DNA of 64,000 nt, taken from positions 1 through 64,000 of the IMG/VR virus record IMGVR_UViG_2645727884_000004. One strand, given 5' to 3'. Within the stretch, counting starts at the first letter, position 1; the number at the start of each line of letters is the position of its first letter. Under the pieces are notes generated by a model. That model made no database searches. It saw only the letters and a program-made list of their open reading frames with translations, and was not told where the DNA came from. The stretch is from an uncultured virus (IMG/VR IMGVR_UViG_2645727884_000004) (Duplodnaviria; Heunggongvirae; Uroviricota; Caudoviricetes). The translations under genes and the position numbers were made by a program. Of this stretch, positions 1-9,669 are shown piece by piece.

Positions 1-197
1 GAGTCATACCTTGTTCAAGCAGTGGTTGTCCGTAGGGCTGCTTCGACACGTCCCGCCAAGGTGTACCAATCGATCGTGAAGACGACGATTAGTACGGGAA
101 AAATGGCGATCCTGCCAACCCCAGATCTGGTAGGTGCATCTGACCCGGCATTCTATTCGAAGTGCCATCACTGGGTAGAAAGGGAGCAGGATAAAAC

Positions 198-225
198 AAA
201 AAGCCCCGCGCGAGGCGGGGCTTTT
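198..225. terminator. Intrinsic terminator downstream of tRNA-Thr 3' end (possibly bidirectional)
   Basis: AAAAAGCCCCGC-GCGA-GGCGGGGCTTTT hairpin with A/T tails, ~10 nt beyond the CCA end on the minus strand. Confidence 0.8.
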
Positions 226-234
226 CGGGATTCA

Positions 235-279
235 TGGTGCCGGCACCAGGAGTCGAACCCGGGACCTACTGATTACAAG
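235..279 (-). repeat. att core: 3' half of tRNA-Thr(TGT), left prophage boundary
   Basis: Minus strand reads CTTGTAATCAGTAGGTCCCGGGTTCGACTCCTGGTGCCGGCACCA (anticodon loop, T-arm, CCA); no 5' half; repeated at 37260-37304. Confidence 0.92.
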
Positions 280-307
280 AAAGCTAGGCACTGCTTTGAA
301 ATCAGTA

Positions 308-383
308 AGTTACGTCGAGGCTTGTTACGTAAGGGCACGAGCAAAACCCAGGAGCCATGCGGCTCCTGGCTTGCTTGTTACGC
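308..383. promoter_or_regulatory. Putative integrase arm-type sites (CTTGTTACG)
   Basis: CTTGTTACG at 321 and 374, partial at 308; the same motif is in tandem at 37190-37211. Confidence 0.6.
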
Positions 384-390
384 AAGGAAG

Positions 391-1539
391 TCAGTCGGCG
401 GAAGGGGACACGATAGGCACGCTCAGATCGTAGACATCAAGCATCGACTCGTCGCGGTGGCCACTGGCTTCTTGCTTATCGGCCCTGGTGCCGGGAGTGT
501 CGGTAATGCCGCGCCGCTTGAGATCGTGCAGGCCGAAGCGCTGGTCGGGAGTGATGATGCCTGCTTCGAGGGCTGCGGTGATGAACCGCTGCCAGGCCGA
601 GTCTAGGCTCGACTTCTGCAGTGAGCCGCCGTGCGATGCTACAATGATCGGTCGCAGCTCTGGTGCCGTGGGGGTTGGTAGGGACTTCGAGGTCCACACC
701 TGAGTGCGGTAGGCCTTCGCATGGTCCCACGCAGCCCGCAGGCGAGGTGTCCAGCGCACGACGTTGTTGCGACTTCCCTTTCTGCGATTCGTAAGTATGC
801 CCTCGGGGAGTTCGTTGGCGTCGCTGAGGGTGACTGTCTCGATACCGCGCAGGCGACATAGGTAGGCCAGCTCCATGACGCTGCATAGGTACGCGGGGCA
901 TGCGCCCGGTTGCCCTCGCTTGAGCTTGCCCAACTCACGCGCCCGATCGATCAGGCGGTACATCACCGTCGGGGCAGGAAGGCGACGCTGCTTTCGTTCT
1001 ACAGGTGCTTCGATGCCTTGGGCGACGTTGATTTGAAGGTAGCCTCGGTTGCGGCCCCACTGCATCACTCGTCGCAAGTAGCGCAGCACATGGGCAGCTT
1101 TCGAGGGGGTGCCTTCTTCGGCAATGCGGTCGACCAGGCGCTGCACTAGGGCAGGGGAGAATTTTCGAACTGCCAGCTCGCCGAGCGGCTTCTTCAGCCG
1201 CGTTGGGATGGCCAGCAGGACTTCTCGGCAGTACTCGTAGTCACTCTGGGTCTTGGGTTTCAGCCGCTTGAACTGAGTACTCTTATGGAACTCGCCGCAC
1301 AGGTTCGCCAGGCTGTCTCGATTGATCCCTTCCCGTTCCTCCATGATGCGGTGGAGCTCGGAGAGGGTCACGTAGGAGGGGGCAAGGTTCGTCCGCCGCT
1401 GGCGACCTCCTTCATCATAATGCAGCGTGTACCACACGCCGTTGCCGCGATGATCGAAGAAAACGGCCGCCGGAATGGCGGCCTGGTCGATGTGCTGAGG
1501 TATGTGCGGATTATGCTTCCGCTTGCGGGATCGCCTCAT
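391..1539 (-). CDS. int: Tyrosine recombinase / phage integrase
   Basis: 382 aa; LCRLR..E, HDLKR, SGH and catalytic Y (DVYD) motifs; next to att. Confidence 0.92.
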   Translation of the reverse strand: MRRSRKRKHNPHIPQHIDQAAIPAAVFFDHRGNGVWYTLHYDEGGRQRRTNLAPSYVTLSELHRIMEEREGINRDSLANLCGEFHKSTQFKRLKPKTQSDYEYCREVLLAIPTRLKKPLGELAVRKFSPALVQRLVDRIAEEGTPSKAAHVLRYLRRVMQWGRNRGYLQINVAQGIEAPVERKQRRLPAPTVMYRLIDRARELGKLKRGQPGACPAYLCSVMELAYLCRLRGIETVTLSDANELPEGILTNRRKGSRNNVVRWTPRLRAAWDHAKAYRTQVWTSKSLPTPTAPELRPIIVASHGGSLQKSSLDSAWQRFITAALEAGIITPDQRFGLHDLKRRGITDTPGTRADKQEASGHRDESMLDVYDLSVPIVSPSAD

Positions 1540-1748
1540 AGGATTCTGCTGTCGTACTGCTCGTCGTCCGATGTTTGCCCGCCTGCCTGATTGACCATTT
1601 CAATGGTGGTCCAGGGGCCGTGACGGCCCCAGAACCATCGGATTCCCTGTTTACGCAGTGCCCGCTCTACACCAGAGCGCTTGGTGTATCCGGTTAGCTG
1701 CTGCAGATCCTCGAAGGTCAGGATTGTGCCCGGGGGCTGCTTGATCAT
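1536..1748 (-). CDS. Excisionase-like small DNA-binding protein (DUF4224-like)
   Basis: 70 aa, overlaps int start; paralogous to 38564-38779. Confidence 0.7.
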   Translation of the reverse strand: MIKQPPGTILTFEDLQQLTGYTKRSGVERALRKQGIRWFWGRHGPWTTIEMVNQAGGQTSDDEQYDSRIL

Positions 1749-1933
1749 ACCGCCCTGTCTCCCTCGGGACTGACTAGAATGATGGCCCCTCTTTTCTGGG
1801 TATCGATGACGGGCCTCGAATCAGCTTGCGCGCCGCTCTTCAACATGAAGAACACCGCCAGGACAACCAGAACTGCCAGCGAGAAGTTCAGTAAGCTGCG
1901 CGGGTTGTCCAGCATCTTGAGTAGGTCGTGCAT
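1745..1933 (-). CDS. Small membrane protein
   Basis: MHDLLKML start; hydrophobic stretch FSLAVLVVLAVFFML; coupled to neighbours. Confidence 0.55.
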   Translation of the reverse strand: MHDLLKMLDNPRSLLNFSLAVLVVLAVFFMLKSGAQADSRPVIDTQKRGAIILVSPEGDRAV

Positions 1934-1943
1934 GGTGCAGTCC

Positions 1944-3176
1944 TCAGCAGAACAGCAGCGGCTGCACCGCGCCGTCGGCGAAAATTTTGTCGAGAGGCAT
2001 GGTGGCGATCGGTTCGCCACCATGCCAGCCATCCGGCCAGGTGCCGGTGGCGATCAGTTCGCGGATGCGGGACTCTTCCTCGGCGTTGATCAGGTCGATG
2101 CGAGGGCGACCGAGGCGGTCTGCTGCGGCGTTGCACTCGGCCTGGATGGCCAGTACTCGCTCCAAGCCCATCAAGCGGGACTTCAGCAGGATCGGTCCCA
2201 TGCGCTGGGGGTTCGCGGCGATGCTGCCGTCTTTCAGCCGCTCGATGCCGGCCTTGCGCAGGCGGTGCTGGGGTTCGCGCAGTTCTCGCCAGAGCTCTTT
2301 CAGGCCTCGCAGCGGCGTCAGGTATGCCCAGTGCGGCATGGCCAGCACAGTTTCGAGCGCCTTCTCCTCGCTGGCCAGCGGACAGCCGGTGCAGCCGGTA
2401 CGGGCGTTGATCTCTTCGGCTTCGTCGCCGCCGTATGCGTCCGCGATCATCGCGGTGGACCAGTCGCCGAACTCGGCAAGTGGCGCCCAGTGCTTCAGCC
2501 ACTCCCATACGTGGCAGACGCGCCAGTGCAGGAGTGGGGCGAGGGTGGCGAGCCGTCCCTTGAGGCCCTTTGTCTCGGGCAGGACCTTCTGGTACCAGCC
2601 CTGTCCGCACTCGGCACCGTCCTTACCGCAGGACATCTCGATCCGCTTGTCGCGGATGGCGCTTTCGCCCTGGCGCACGCCAGTGATCATCAGCACATTC
2701 CCGTCGAGCGCGGCCAGGCGCTGCTCCAGGGCGGCCTGCATCGGGTCGATCTTGATCTGGCGGGTACACCAGCGCAGCGTGTTGTTGTTCGGTGGGGGAA
2801 CGCCGCGGCCCAGGATGTAGACCATGAAGCGCTTGTCGAGCGGTGCGCATACCACCTCGACGTGGATGCTGCGGTCCTGCAGTTCATCCATGATTTGGTG
2901 CGCCGCGATGGCCAGCGGTGGCAGTTCCTGGCGGGTGTCTGCGTAGAACACGGTCAGCGTCTTCGGTGCCTTGACCCGACCGGTGTCGATCAGCCAGATC
3001 AGCAGCGTTAGCGTGGTGGTGCTGTCCTTGCCGCCGGACCAGGCCACAGCCCAGTGCTCATGGTCGGCGCCGTAGGCCTGCATGCTCTGGATAGTCAGCT
3101 CGATGCTCTCGGTCATCTGCAGGCGCTGGGCGCCGGCGGCGAAGATGTCACTCTGGCGCGGGGAAAGGGCTTTCAT
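1944..3176 (-). CDS. PAPS reductase-family / DndC-like PP-loop protein
   Basis: 410 aa; WSGGKDS PP-loop, RWCT..KI.P, GVR..ES..R and RTGCTGC motifs. Confidence 0.85.
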   Translation of the reverse strand: MKALSPRQSDIFAAGAQRLQMTESIELTIQSMQAYGADHEHWAVAWSGGKDSTTTLTLLIWLIDTGRVKAPKTLTVFYADTRQELPPLAIAAHQIMDELQDRSIHVEVVCAPLDKRFMVYILGRGVPPPNNNTLRWCTRQIKIDPMQAALEQRLAALDGNVLMITGVRQGESAIRDKRIEMSCGKDGAECGQGWYQKVLPETKGLKGRLATLAPLLHWRVCHVWEWLKHWAPLAEFGDWSTAMIADAYGGDEAEEINARTGCTGCPLASEEKALETVLAMPHWAYLTPLRGLKELWRELREPQHRLRKAGIERLKDGSIAANPQRMGPILLKSRLMGLERVLAIQAECNAAADRLGRPRIDLINAEEESRIRELIATGTWPDGWHGGEPIATMPLDKIFADGAVQPLLFC

Positions 3177-5083
3177 TGCTGCACCTCCTGTTGCGCGACG
3201 CTCAGCGCCACCGCAACCGGGCGCACCCAGATCGGCGTATTGCTGAGCATGAAGGTTTCGCCCTGCTCGGCCAGCAGCAGGGTGGTGCCCATCACGCCGG
3301 CGATGGCCTCGGCCGCGGCCGGCGGTACGGCGTTGCCGATGCGCTCGCGCCAGTCGCTGTCGCTCAGGCCGTCGAGGATCAACTGTTCTTCCGGGTCCAC
3401 CAGGCTCTGCAGCGCGGCCAACTCCAGGGTGGTGAAGGGCCGGTGCCAGGTACCGTCAAGCGACTGGATGATGCAGGTGAGGCGGTCGTTCGCCGCCGGC
3501 ATGCGCGGGTCGGCGACGCTCCAGCGGCCGTTGTCGTAGCGGGCGCTGGCGGAGACGGCTCCGGACACCTGGTCCCAGCCCATCACGCCGTAGTGGCCAC
3601 CGCCTACCCAGGCATCGCCAGGCTGCCGGTCGAATGCTCGAGGATCAGCGATCGACAGCGCGCCGCTGGCCACCTGCTGGGAGCCGGTGACCGTGCCGGT
3701 AGCGCTTCCCCACTCGCCGACGTGCAATTTGCGGCTGCTCGCCCCTGGGTGCCAGTTGTGGTACCTGGGATCGGCAACAGCCTGGCCGCCGGAGCTGGGT
3801 GAGTGCCCGCCGGTGACGGTTCCGGCGTGGCTCCCCATGCTGACGACGCGAAACACGTTGTTGTGCCGGACGCCGCCTGGGCGCGGGTCGGCCACGGCGA
3901 ATGCGCCCTGGCCGGTAGTACTGGCCGCGATCACGGTGCCGGACGGACCGTCCCAGTCGGTGACCGGGTACTTGCCGAAACTCTGGCCGCGGGGATCGGC
4001 GACGGAGTACGTGCCCTGGCCGGGCGACTTGACGCCGATGATGGCGCCCGAGGTGTCAGTCCAGCGGCGCACGCCGTACTGCTGGTACTGCAGGGCGTTT
4101 GCCGGCGCGCGAGGATCCGCGACTGAGAACCGCCCGTTCATCGGGCGGCTCGCGCCGGCGACAACGCCACACGAATCGCCCCAGTGATTCACGCCCAGGA
4201 CGCCCCGGTGGTACTCCGGCACGATGATCAGATCGCGCAGGTAGCCATCCTCGACGGCGAGGTCGTTCAGGCTGCGCCAGTCGCTGCCGGCTCGCACCAG
4301 AGCGAGGCGCACCCAGGTCTTCCACTGCAAGGACGGTACGCGGTGCATCGGGCCGGCGGCCTCGATGTCGCCGGGAAGCGGCATGCGGTCGAGGATGTCG
4401 CCGACGGCGCGGAGCGACTTCTTCTCTGGTTCGTACAGGAAGGGCGGCACTTTCTCGACGTGGCGGGCGACAAGCAGGAAGCGCTTCCGGGACTGCGCCA
4501 GGCCGCCGAGTTCGCCGCAGTCGTGAGTGGTTTCCGCCACGGCGTAGCCGAAGCCGCCGAGTAGGCCGTTGATCTGGTCAAGCAGGTGCCGGCCGCGGCT
4601 CGCCAGGCGCGGGACGTTCTCGAAAACGATCAGCGGCACTGGGTCATCAGCCCATGCCTCGCCCATCAGCCAGATGCAGCGCAGCGTCAACTCGTTCAGC
4701 GCCTGGTACTTCGGGGTCAGGCTCATCTTCTCCGACAGCAGGCCGCTGGCGCCTTTGCAGGGCGAGCTGATGAACACGGCATCCGGTCGGCGCCCGCCGG
4801 CGGCGCGTCGGATGTCCTCCGGGGTTGCCTCCCTCCAACCGGCGGGCGGCTCCGTTCCATGGAAGCGGATGTATTGGTCGCGGGTGAACAGGTCCAGCAG
4901 GGTGCCCGGGACGCCGGCCAGGCGCTCGAAGTCGCGGAGGCCGGCCGGGTCCACGTCGATGCCACCAAGGCATTCCCAATGGGCCTCGACGTTGCCGACC
5001 CGCGGCCGCGCCCGGTTGAAGCCTGCGGCGCCGCCGCCCAGGCCGCAGCAGAAGTGGAAGTGGTAGAGGGTACGCTTAAGCAT
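3173..5083 (-). CDS. DNA (cytosine-5) methyltransferase with internal repeats
   Basis: FCCGLGG (motif I), SSPCKG (IV), ENV (VI), QSRKR (VIII), IGNAVPP (X); start set at MLKRT. Confidence 0.88.
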   Translation of the reverse strand: MLKRTLYHFHFCCGLGGGAAGFNRARPRVGNVEAHWECLGGIDVDPAGLRDFERLAGVPGTLLDLFTRDQYIRFHGTEPPAGWREATPEDIRRAAGGRRPDAVFISSPCKGASGLLSEKMSLTPKYQALNELTLRCIWLMGEAWADDPVPLIVFENVPRLASRGRHLLDQINGLLGGFGYAVAETTHDCGELGGLAQSRKRFLLVARHVEKVPPFLYEPEKKSLRAVGDILDRMPLPGDIEAAGPMHRVPSLQWKTWVRLALVRAGSDWRSLNDLAVEDGYLRDLIIVPEYHRGVLGVNHWGDSCGVVAGASRPMNGRFSVADPRAPANALQYQQYGVRRWTDTSGAIIGVKSPGQGTYSVADPRGQSFGKYPVTDWDGPSGTVIAASTTGQGAFAVADPRPGGVRHNNVFRVVSMGSHAGTVTGGHSPSSGGQAVADPRYHNWHPGASSRKLHVGEWGSATGTVTGSQQVASGALSIADPRAFDRQPGDAWVGGGHYGVMGWDQVSGAVSASARYDNGRWSVADPRMPAANDRLTCIIQSLDGTWHRPFTTLELAALQSLVDPEEQLILDGLSDSDWRERIGNAVPPAAAEAIAGVMGTTLLLAEQGETFMLSNTPIWVRPVAVALSVAQQEVQQ

Positions 5084-5327
5084 GCCGCCGCCCTCCCTGC
5101 GTTTTCCTGGCCACCAGGTTGGCCATGTAGCTGGCCCACTCGACAGCCTTGGCCTGTTGGCGAATTCGGCTGCAGCGTTGGTGTTTGCCGGTGGAACGTG
5201 CGTTGCCGCAGATATCACAGATGCTCGGAAGGTCCAGCCGCTTGCTGGCCATCGCTGGGCGAGTGCGAGCCGCCGACGTGGTTGTGCTAGCCTTGGCGCC
5301 GCCGCCTTGAGGCTGATTCGCTTGCAT
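5076..5327 (-). CDS. Hypothetical protein, CxxC..H..C zinc-finger-like
   Basis: Start MQANQ after AAAGGAGA RBS; CDICG..KHQRCS. Confidence 0.6.
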   Translation of the reverse strand: MQANQPQGGGAKASTTTSAARTRPAMASKRLDLPSICDICGNARSTGKHQRCSRIRQQAKAVEWASYMANLVARKTQGGRRHA

Positions 5328-5386
5328 GGTGTCTCTCCTTTGGGGTGGTTGGCGCCAGGGAGTTGCCGCTCCCTGGCGCCTCTTCT

Positions 5387-5593
5387 TCAGCGCCGCGCGG
5401 GGTGCTCGCGCAGTTCCTGACAACTGATGCAGCACTCGCAGCCCGGAGCAGCCTGGCGGCGGGCCTCGGGTATCTGCTCTCCGCAGTCCTCGCACCAGAG
5501 GGCGCTGGGCGCCAGGCGGGTGTTTGTCCGCTGGGCCAGGGCGGCCTGGACCATGTTCTCGGCCCGTTCGTTGGCTTGGTCGATCACATCCAC
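5387..5593 (-). CDS. TraR/DksA C4 zinc-finger protein
   Basis: D.ID.A acidic tip; CEDCGEQIPEARRQAAPGCECCISCQ. Confidence 0.88.
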   Translation of the reverse strand: MDVIDQANERAENMVQAALAQRTNTRLAPSALWCEDCGEQIPEARRQAAPGCECCISCQELREHPARR

Positions 5594-5604
5594 AGTCAGC
5601 CTCC

Positions 5605-5958
5605 TTATGCTGCAAGCTTCGCTGCGGCCCAGCGCTTGCTCAGGTCCTGCCAGATCGCATCGCCGTTTTCGAAGTACTCATGCACTTCCTGTTTCGGGGC
5701 GTAGTCCATGCGCAGCACGGACAGGCACGCATCGAACAGCGCTGGGTCGAGGCGGCGCAGCTCGGTGAGGTCGAAGCGGTGGGCTTGGCCGTTGTACAGG
5801 CCGAGCAGGAACCGACCGATCACGCCGCTCTGGCCGCTGTCGCGCTGGGCGATCGGCAGCAGGCGTTTCAGCGCGGTGAGGCCGGCTACCTCGTTCTCCT
5901 GCTGCCTGGTCTGGAAGTCGTGGATCAGTTGCAGATAGTCGTGGGGGAGGGGTTGCAT
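5605..5958 (-). CDS. Conserved phage hypothetical protein
   Basis: MQPLPHD start with RBS; GQS..IGRFLLGLYNG motif. Confidence 0.65.
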   Translation of the reverse strand: MQPLPHDYLQLIHDFQTRQQENEVAGLTALKRLLPIAQRDSGQSGVIGRFLLGLYNGQAHRFDLTELRRLDPALFDACLSVLRMDYAPKQEVHEYFENGDAIWQDLSKRWAAAKLAA

Positions 5959-6002
5959 GGTGTCTCTCCTTTGGGGTTGCAGTTCCGGCGTTGCCGCGCC
6001 GG

Positions 6003-8722
6003 TCAGGCTTGGAAAATCCAGCACTTGACGGTGCTGGGTCGGTTGGTGAGAGGGTTCTGGCGGGCGTGTGCCGAACGCACGGCACTGTCGACGGCCTTGT
6101 ATTCGATGAACTTGTGCCGGCGGGACTCTTTCAGCAGGTCGCGCAGGGTTGCCGCGTCGGCCACCTTCTGGCGGTGGTCGGCGGCCAGCTTCACGAACTC
6201 GTTGAGGTTGATGGCGATGGTTCCGGGGTTCTTGCTGTGGTTGAGCACCGGCTCTTCGCTGAGATTTTCGAGGTAGTCGTAGACCTCCCAGAACTCGGCC
6301 ACCTCGGGCGCGTCGGCGTTGACGGCCTCCTGGCGCTCCAGGGCCATCGTCATCAGGGTCTGCTGAGCGCAGGCGAGCTGGTGCTCGGACAGCGGCACCA
6401 CCAGGCGCAGTGCGTCGACCAGGGCCATCATCTGCGCGTGGTTGAGTATCAGCCGCTCGATACGAATCTGCTTCAGACCGCGCAGCGTCGCGCTGTGAAC
6501 CTTCAGCCGCTCGCGGAAGCACTCCAGCACCTGGCCTTCGGCGCGGATCGCCTGTAGCAGGAAGTGGCTGACCTCAAGCACTGACAGATGGTTGAGGTTG
6601 TCGGCCGCGGCCTGGCTCTCGCGGGTGATTTCCGGCCGGCTGAAGTGCAGCTTCACGATACGGGTCATGATCGCTTCGGAGGCCTGCACCGTGGCGTTCT
6701 GGCTCATCACCAGGGTGCCGCGGAAGGGGGCTCGTAGGTTTCGTTGCCGGCGGTCTTCTGGCCGGTCACGCCCAACGCGCGGCCGTTGAACAGCGGCTTG
6801 AACTCGTCCCAGTCGAAGGACTTGGCGGCGCCGCCGGCGCGGCTGTTGTCGCTGCGGTCGGCCTCGAGCATGACCATGGGCATGTTCGACAGCTGGGTTA
6901 GCCAGCGGCGCAGGCCCGCCTTGGTCATCTTCGACGGGTCCTGGCCTTCTTCGTCGGCGCGGCCGAGCAGCTTCCACAGGAAGGTGATCAGCGTGGACTT
7001 GCCGGCACCGGCCTCGCCGGTGGCTTCAAGGAACGGAAAGGACTGGAACTCGGCGCGGATCTGCTCCGCGAACAGCGAGCCGAACCAGAACGCCAGCGCC
7101 ACCAGGCCCTTGGCGCCGAAGCAGGTCCACAGCCAGTCCAGCCACTCCGGGCGGTAGTCCTTGGCGTCGGTGGCGATCTGCAGCTTGATCGAGCGCTGCA
7201 GGGTCTTCAGCCGCAGCTTCTGGAACTCGAAGAAGTCTTCGGCGTTGGCCTTTTCGATCACGCCACCGCGCACCGCCACGTCGCCCAGAACGTAGCAGGC
7301 ATGCTCCCGGCTGTAGCCTAGGTAATCGATGGTGGCCACGGTCTTCAGGCCGGTGAGTTGCAGCTTCATGATCTGGTCGAGCTGCGCGCCGCTACCGGTG
7401 AATATCGCCCCGGCCGCCACGCCGAGCAGGCGCTTCTTGAACTCGCTGGCCGCCGCGACCTGGGCGCTGGTGAATGTGTTCTTCACGCTCTCGTCATCGG
7501 GGCGATCGATGCGGAAGTAGTACCAGCTCTCGTCTGTGACCTCGTTGCGCTGGAAGTACAGGGCCTGGGGGAAGCAGTTGGCGATTTCCACGACGCCGCC
7601 GGCTTGCTGCAGGGCCTTGTCGCGCATCTGTTTCTGGTTGAGCAACTGGTCGTCGTGGTTGTCGCTGTCCTCCAGGCTCTGCATGGCCTTGTTGAACTTC
7701 TCGATATCCAGCTTGAACCAGTAGAGGCGGTTGGCGAAGCGGAAGTGGAATTCACCGCGCTTGCCCCAGTCGTACATCAGCAGGGCCTTCTCGGCGGCAC
7801 TCTCGGCGATCAGCAGCGCGCCCTCATGACGCGCGGTCTTGAGGTCCTTCTCGATCTGCGCGGCGCGCTCGGCCGCGTCATCGATGAACATCCAGCGCTG
7901 GTGCAGGTCGTTCCAGTCGAATTTGCGGTTGTTGCGCTGCGGTAGTTGGGCCGCTTCGCAGACGTAGCCCAGGGCACGTGCCTCGGTCACCCACCGCCGG
8001 GTGTACCTGTGGGCGCCGGGTTCGTTGTCCAGCGCCCAGATCAGTTTCGGCAGCTTGCGGCCACGGGCTGTCGCGAGTTCGCGCAAAGACTGCTCGGGGA
8101 AGGCGTTGGAGCTCATGGCCGACACGGCGTCGATGCCGTGGTGCAGCAGTGCGATGGCGTCGAAGATACCTTCGACGATCCACAGCTCCTTCACCTCCTG
8201 CAGGTCGACGCTGGGTGGGCACCACCAGACGCCTCGCGGGCTGTCGCCCGGCTTGAAGCGCGCCTTCTTCTTGCCGAAGCGGCTCGGGCGATCGATCAGG
8301 CGTTCCCAGTAGCCGCCTTTCTTCAGCGGGAAGCGTACTGTCGCGCTACCGATCTCAAGGTCGCGGTCCCAGTAGTTTTCCTGGCTGTACCAGCCATCGA
8401 TCAGCGTCAAGTCGAAGCCGCGGGCATGTGCCAGGTACGCCCGGGCCGAGGCGGCGGGTTCCTTGTCGGTGGCCGGCGCTCGCTTGCTCCAGTCGTCGAA
8501 GAGCTCCGGGTAGATTTCCTTGATGTGCCAGGTGTCGCCGCACTTGCCGCGCCCGCAGCGGATGAACCAGGGGCTGTCGACCAGGGTGTAGAGCTCCTTT
8601 TTGCCGCACGTCGGGCACTCGCCCTTGCGCATGTACTTTGTGCCCTTGATCGGCGTCAGTCCGTACTGATCCTGCAGGCGGCGCAGCACGTCGGCCTTGA
8701 GTTCGCGGTCCATTTCCTTCAT
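6003..8722 (-). pseudogene. Replication primase-helicase (Zn finger + toprim + P-loop), frameshifted at G5 run 6726-6730
   Basis: CPTCGKK..C..KCG, toprim VEGIFDA/ALDNE, Walker A GEAGAGKS. One extra C restores YEPPFRGTLV and joins ORFs 6707-8722 and 6003-6977; may be a sequencing error. Confidence 0.8.
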
Positions 8723-8952
8723 GCGCGCCCCCGAATCTGCTTGCGCAGTTCGCGGATGGTCCGGCAGATGCCGGCAATGTGTGGGCGATCCTCGAGGATG
8801 CGCTTGCCGCGCAGGCCCTGCGGCGTATAGCGGTAGCGACCGTCGTACCAGCACTCGGCCATGGCGGCTTCGTACTGGCTGACCAGCCAGAGCAGGTACT
8901 TCTCAGCCTGGTTCTGGTCGACTTCGACGGTGATTGAAATGTGGCCGCTCAT
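8719..8952 (-). CDS. Hypothetical protein
   Basis: 77 aa, GAGG RBS, stop overlaps replicase start. Confidence 0.65.
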   Translation of the reverse strand: MSGHISITVEVDQNQAEKYLLWLVSQYEAAMAECWYDGRYRYTPQGLRGKRILEDRPHIAGICRTIRELRKQIRGRA

Positions 8953-9028
8953 GGCGGTGATACCTCGAATTCTGGGCGTAACTTCCCCAAACCCACGGCA
9001 GTGGAGTGGGTAGGGCGTGTTTCAGGGA

Positions 9029-9379
9029 TTACTGGGTGTGCTGGGGGCGCTGTTTGAGCAGGTGCGCGGGCAGATAGCGGGCCGGGATCGGGAAGCGACA
9101 GTGACTGCGGGTGTCGATCAGGTAGACCACCTCGTCGTCTCCCTGGCCCCAGTCGATACCCAGCCAGATAGGGTCTGGCCCCGCGAAGACTTCATCCCAC
9201 GCGCGCTGGGCGAGTTGTTCGGCCATGAACTGGGGAACCTCGAGGCCTTTGGCCAGATGGTTGACACAGGCATCGAACAACCGGTCGGAGCCGGAGGACA
9301 GATATTGGTTGGCGTTGGCCAGCAGGTACGCTGCGGCGGCTTGCTGCATGGTGCTGCGGTAGTCGTTGGTGCCGTTCAT
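9029..9379 (-). CDS. Hypothetical protein
   Basis: MNGTNDY start overlaps ogr stop. Confidence 0.6.
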   Translation of the reverse strand: MNGTNDYRSTMQQAAAAYLLANANQYLSSGSDRLFDACVNHLAKGLEVPQFMAEQLAQRAWDEVFAGPDPIWLGIDWGQGDDEVVYLIDTRSHCRFPIPARYLPAHLLKQRPQHTQ

Positions 9380-9669
9380 TGCATGCACTCCACATGATCC
9401 AGCAGGTCCAGTTGGTTGGTTGCGGCCGCGAGGTCGCGGCGTGCCAGTTGACGGGTTTTCGAAGGCGCCATGGGGAGTACCAGCAGTGGCCGCTCGAGGC
9501 CCGAGGGGCTGAGCTGGTAGTCCCAGCTCAGGGAGCCGGTGAAGGTGGCGCCGCAGAGCGCGTTTGTGCATTGCGCGTACATCGAGCGGAAGCACGGGGT
9601 TTGGCCCTCGGAGGAGCGGATCCGCATCCGGCTGTGGCAGCAGGGGCAGACGAGCTTGTAGACGCTCAC
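9376..9669 (-). CDS. ogr: Ogr/Delta-like late transcription activator
   Basis: CPCCHSRMRIRSS...YAQCTNALCGATF zinc finger typical of P2 Ogr. Confidence 0.88.
   Translation of the reverse strand: MSVYKLVCPCCHSRMRIRSSEGQTPCFRSMYAQCTNALCGATFTGSLSWDYQLSPSGLERPLLVLPMAPSKTRQLARRDLAAATNQLDLLDHVECMQ

Larger units (their letters stand above)
5322..5977. repeat. 25-bp direct repeat covering RBS and start codon of two genes
   Basis: TTGCATGGTGTCTCTCCTTTGGGGT at 5322-5346 and 5953-5977. Confidence 0.8.

Noticed and set aside
235..279. Functional tRNA-Thr gene (also 37260-37304)
   Set aside because: Only the anticodon loop through CCA is present; no D-arm or 5' acceptor strand.
22..606. 194-aa + strand ORF
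   Set aside because: Crosses the terminator, att and the antisense of int; no recognisable motif.
1944..3176. Complete dnd phosphorothioation cluster or cysH
   Set aside because: No partner dnd/ssp or sulfate-assimilation genes; phage early-operon context.
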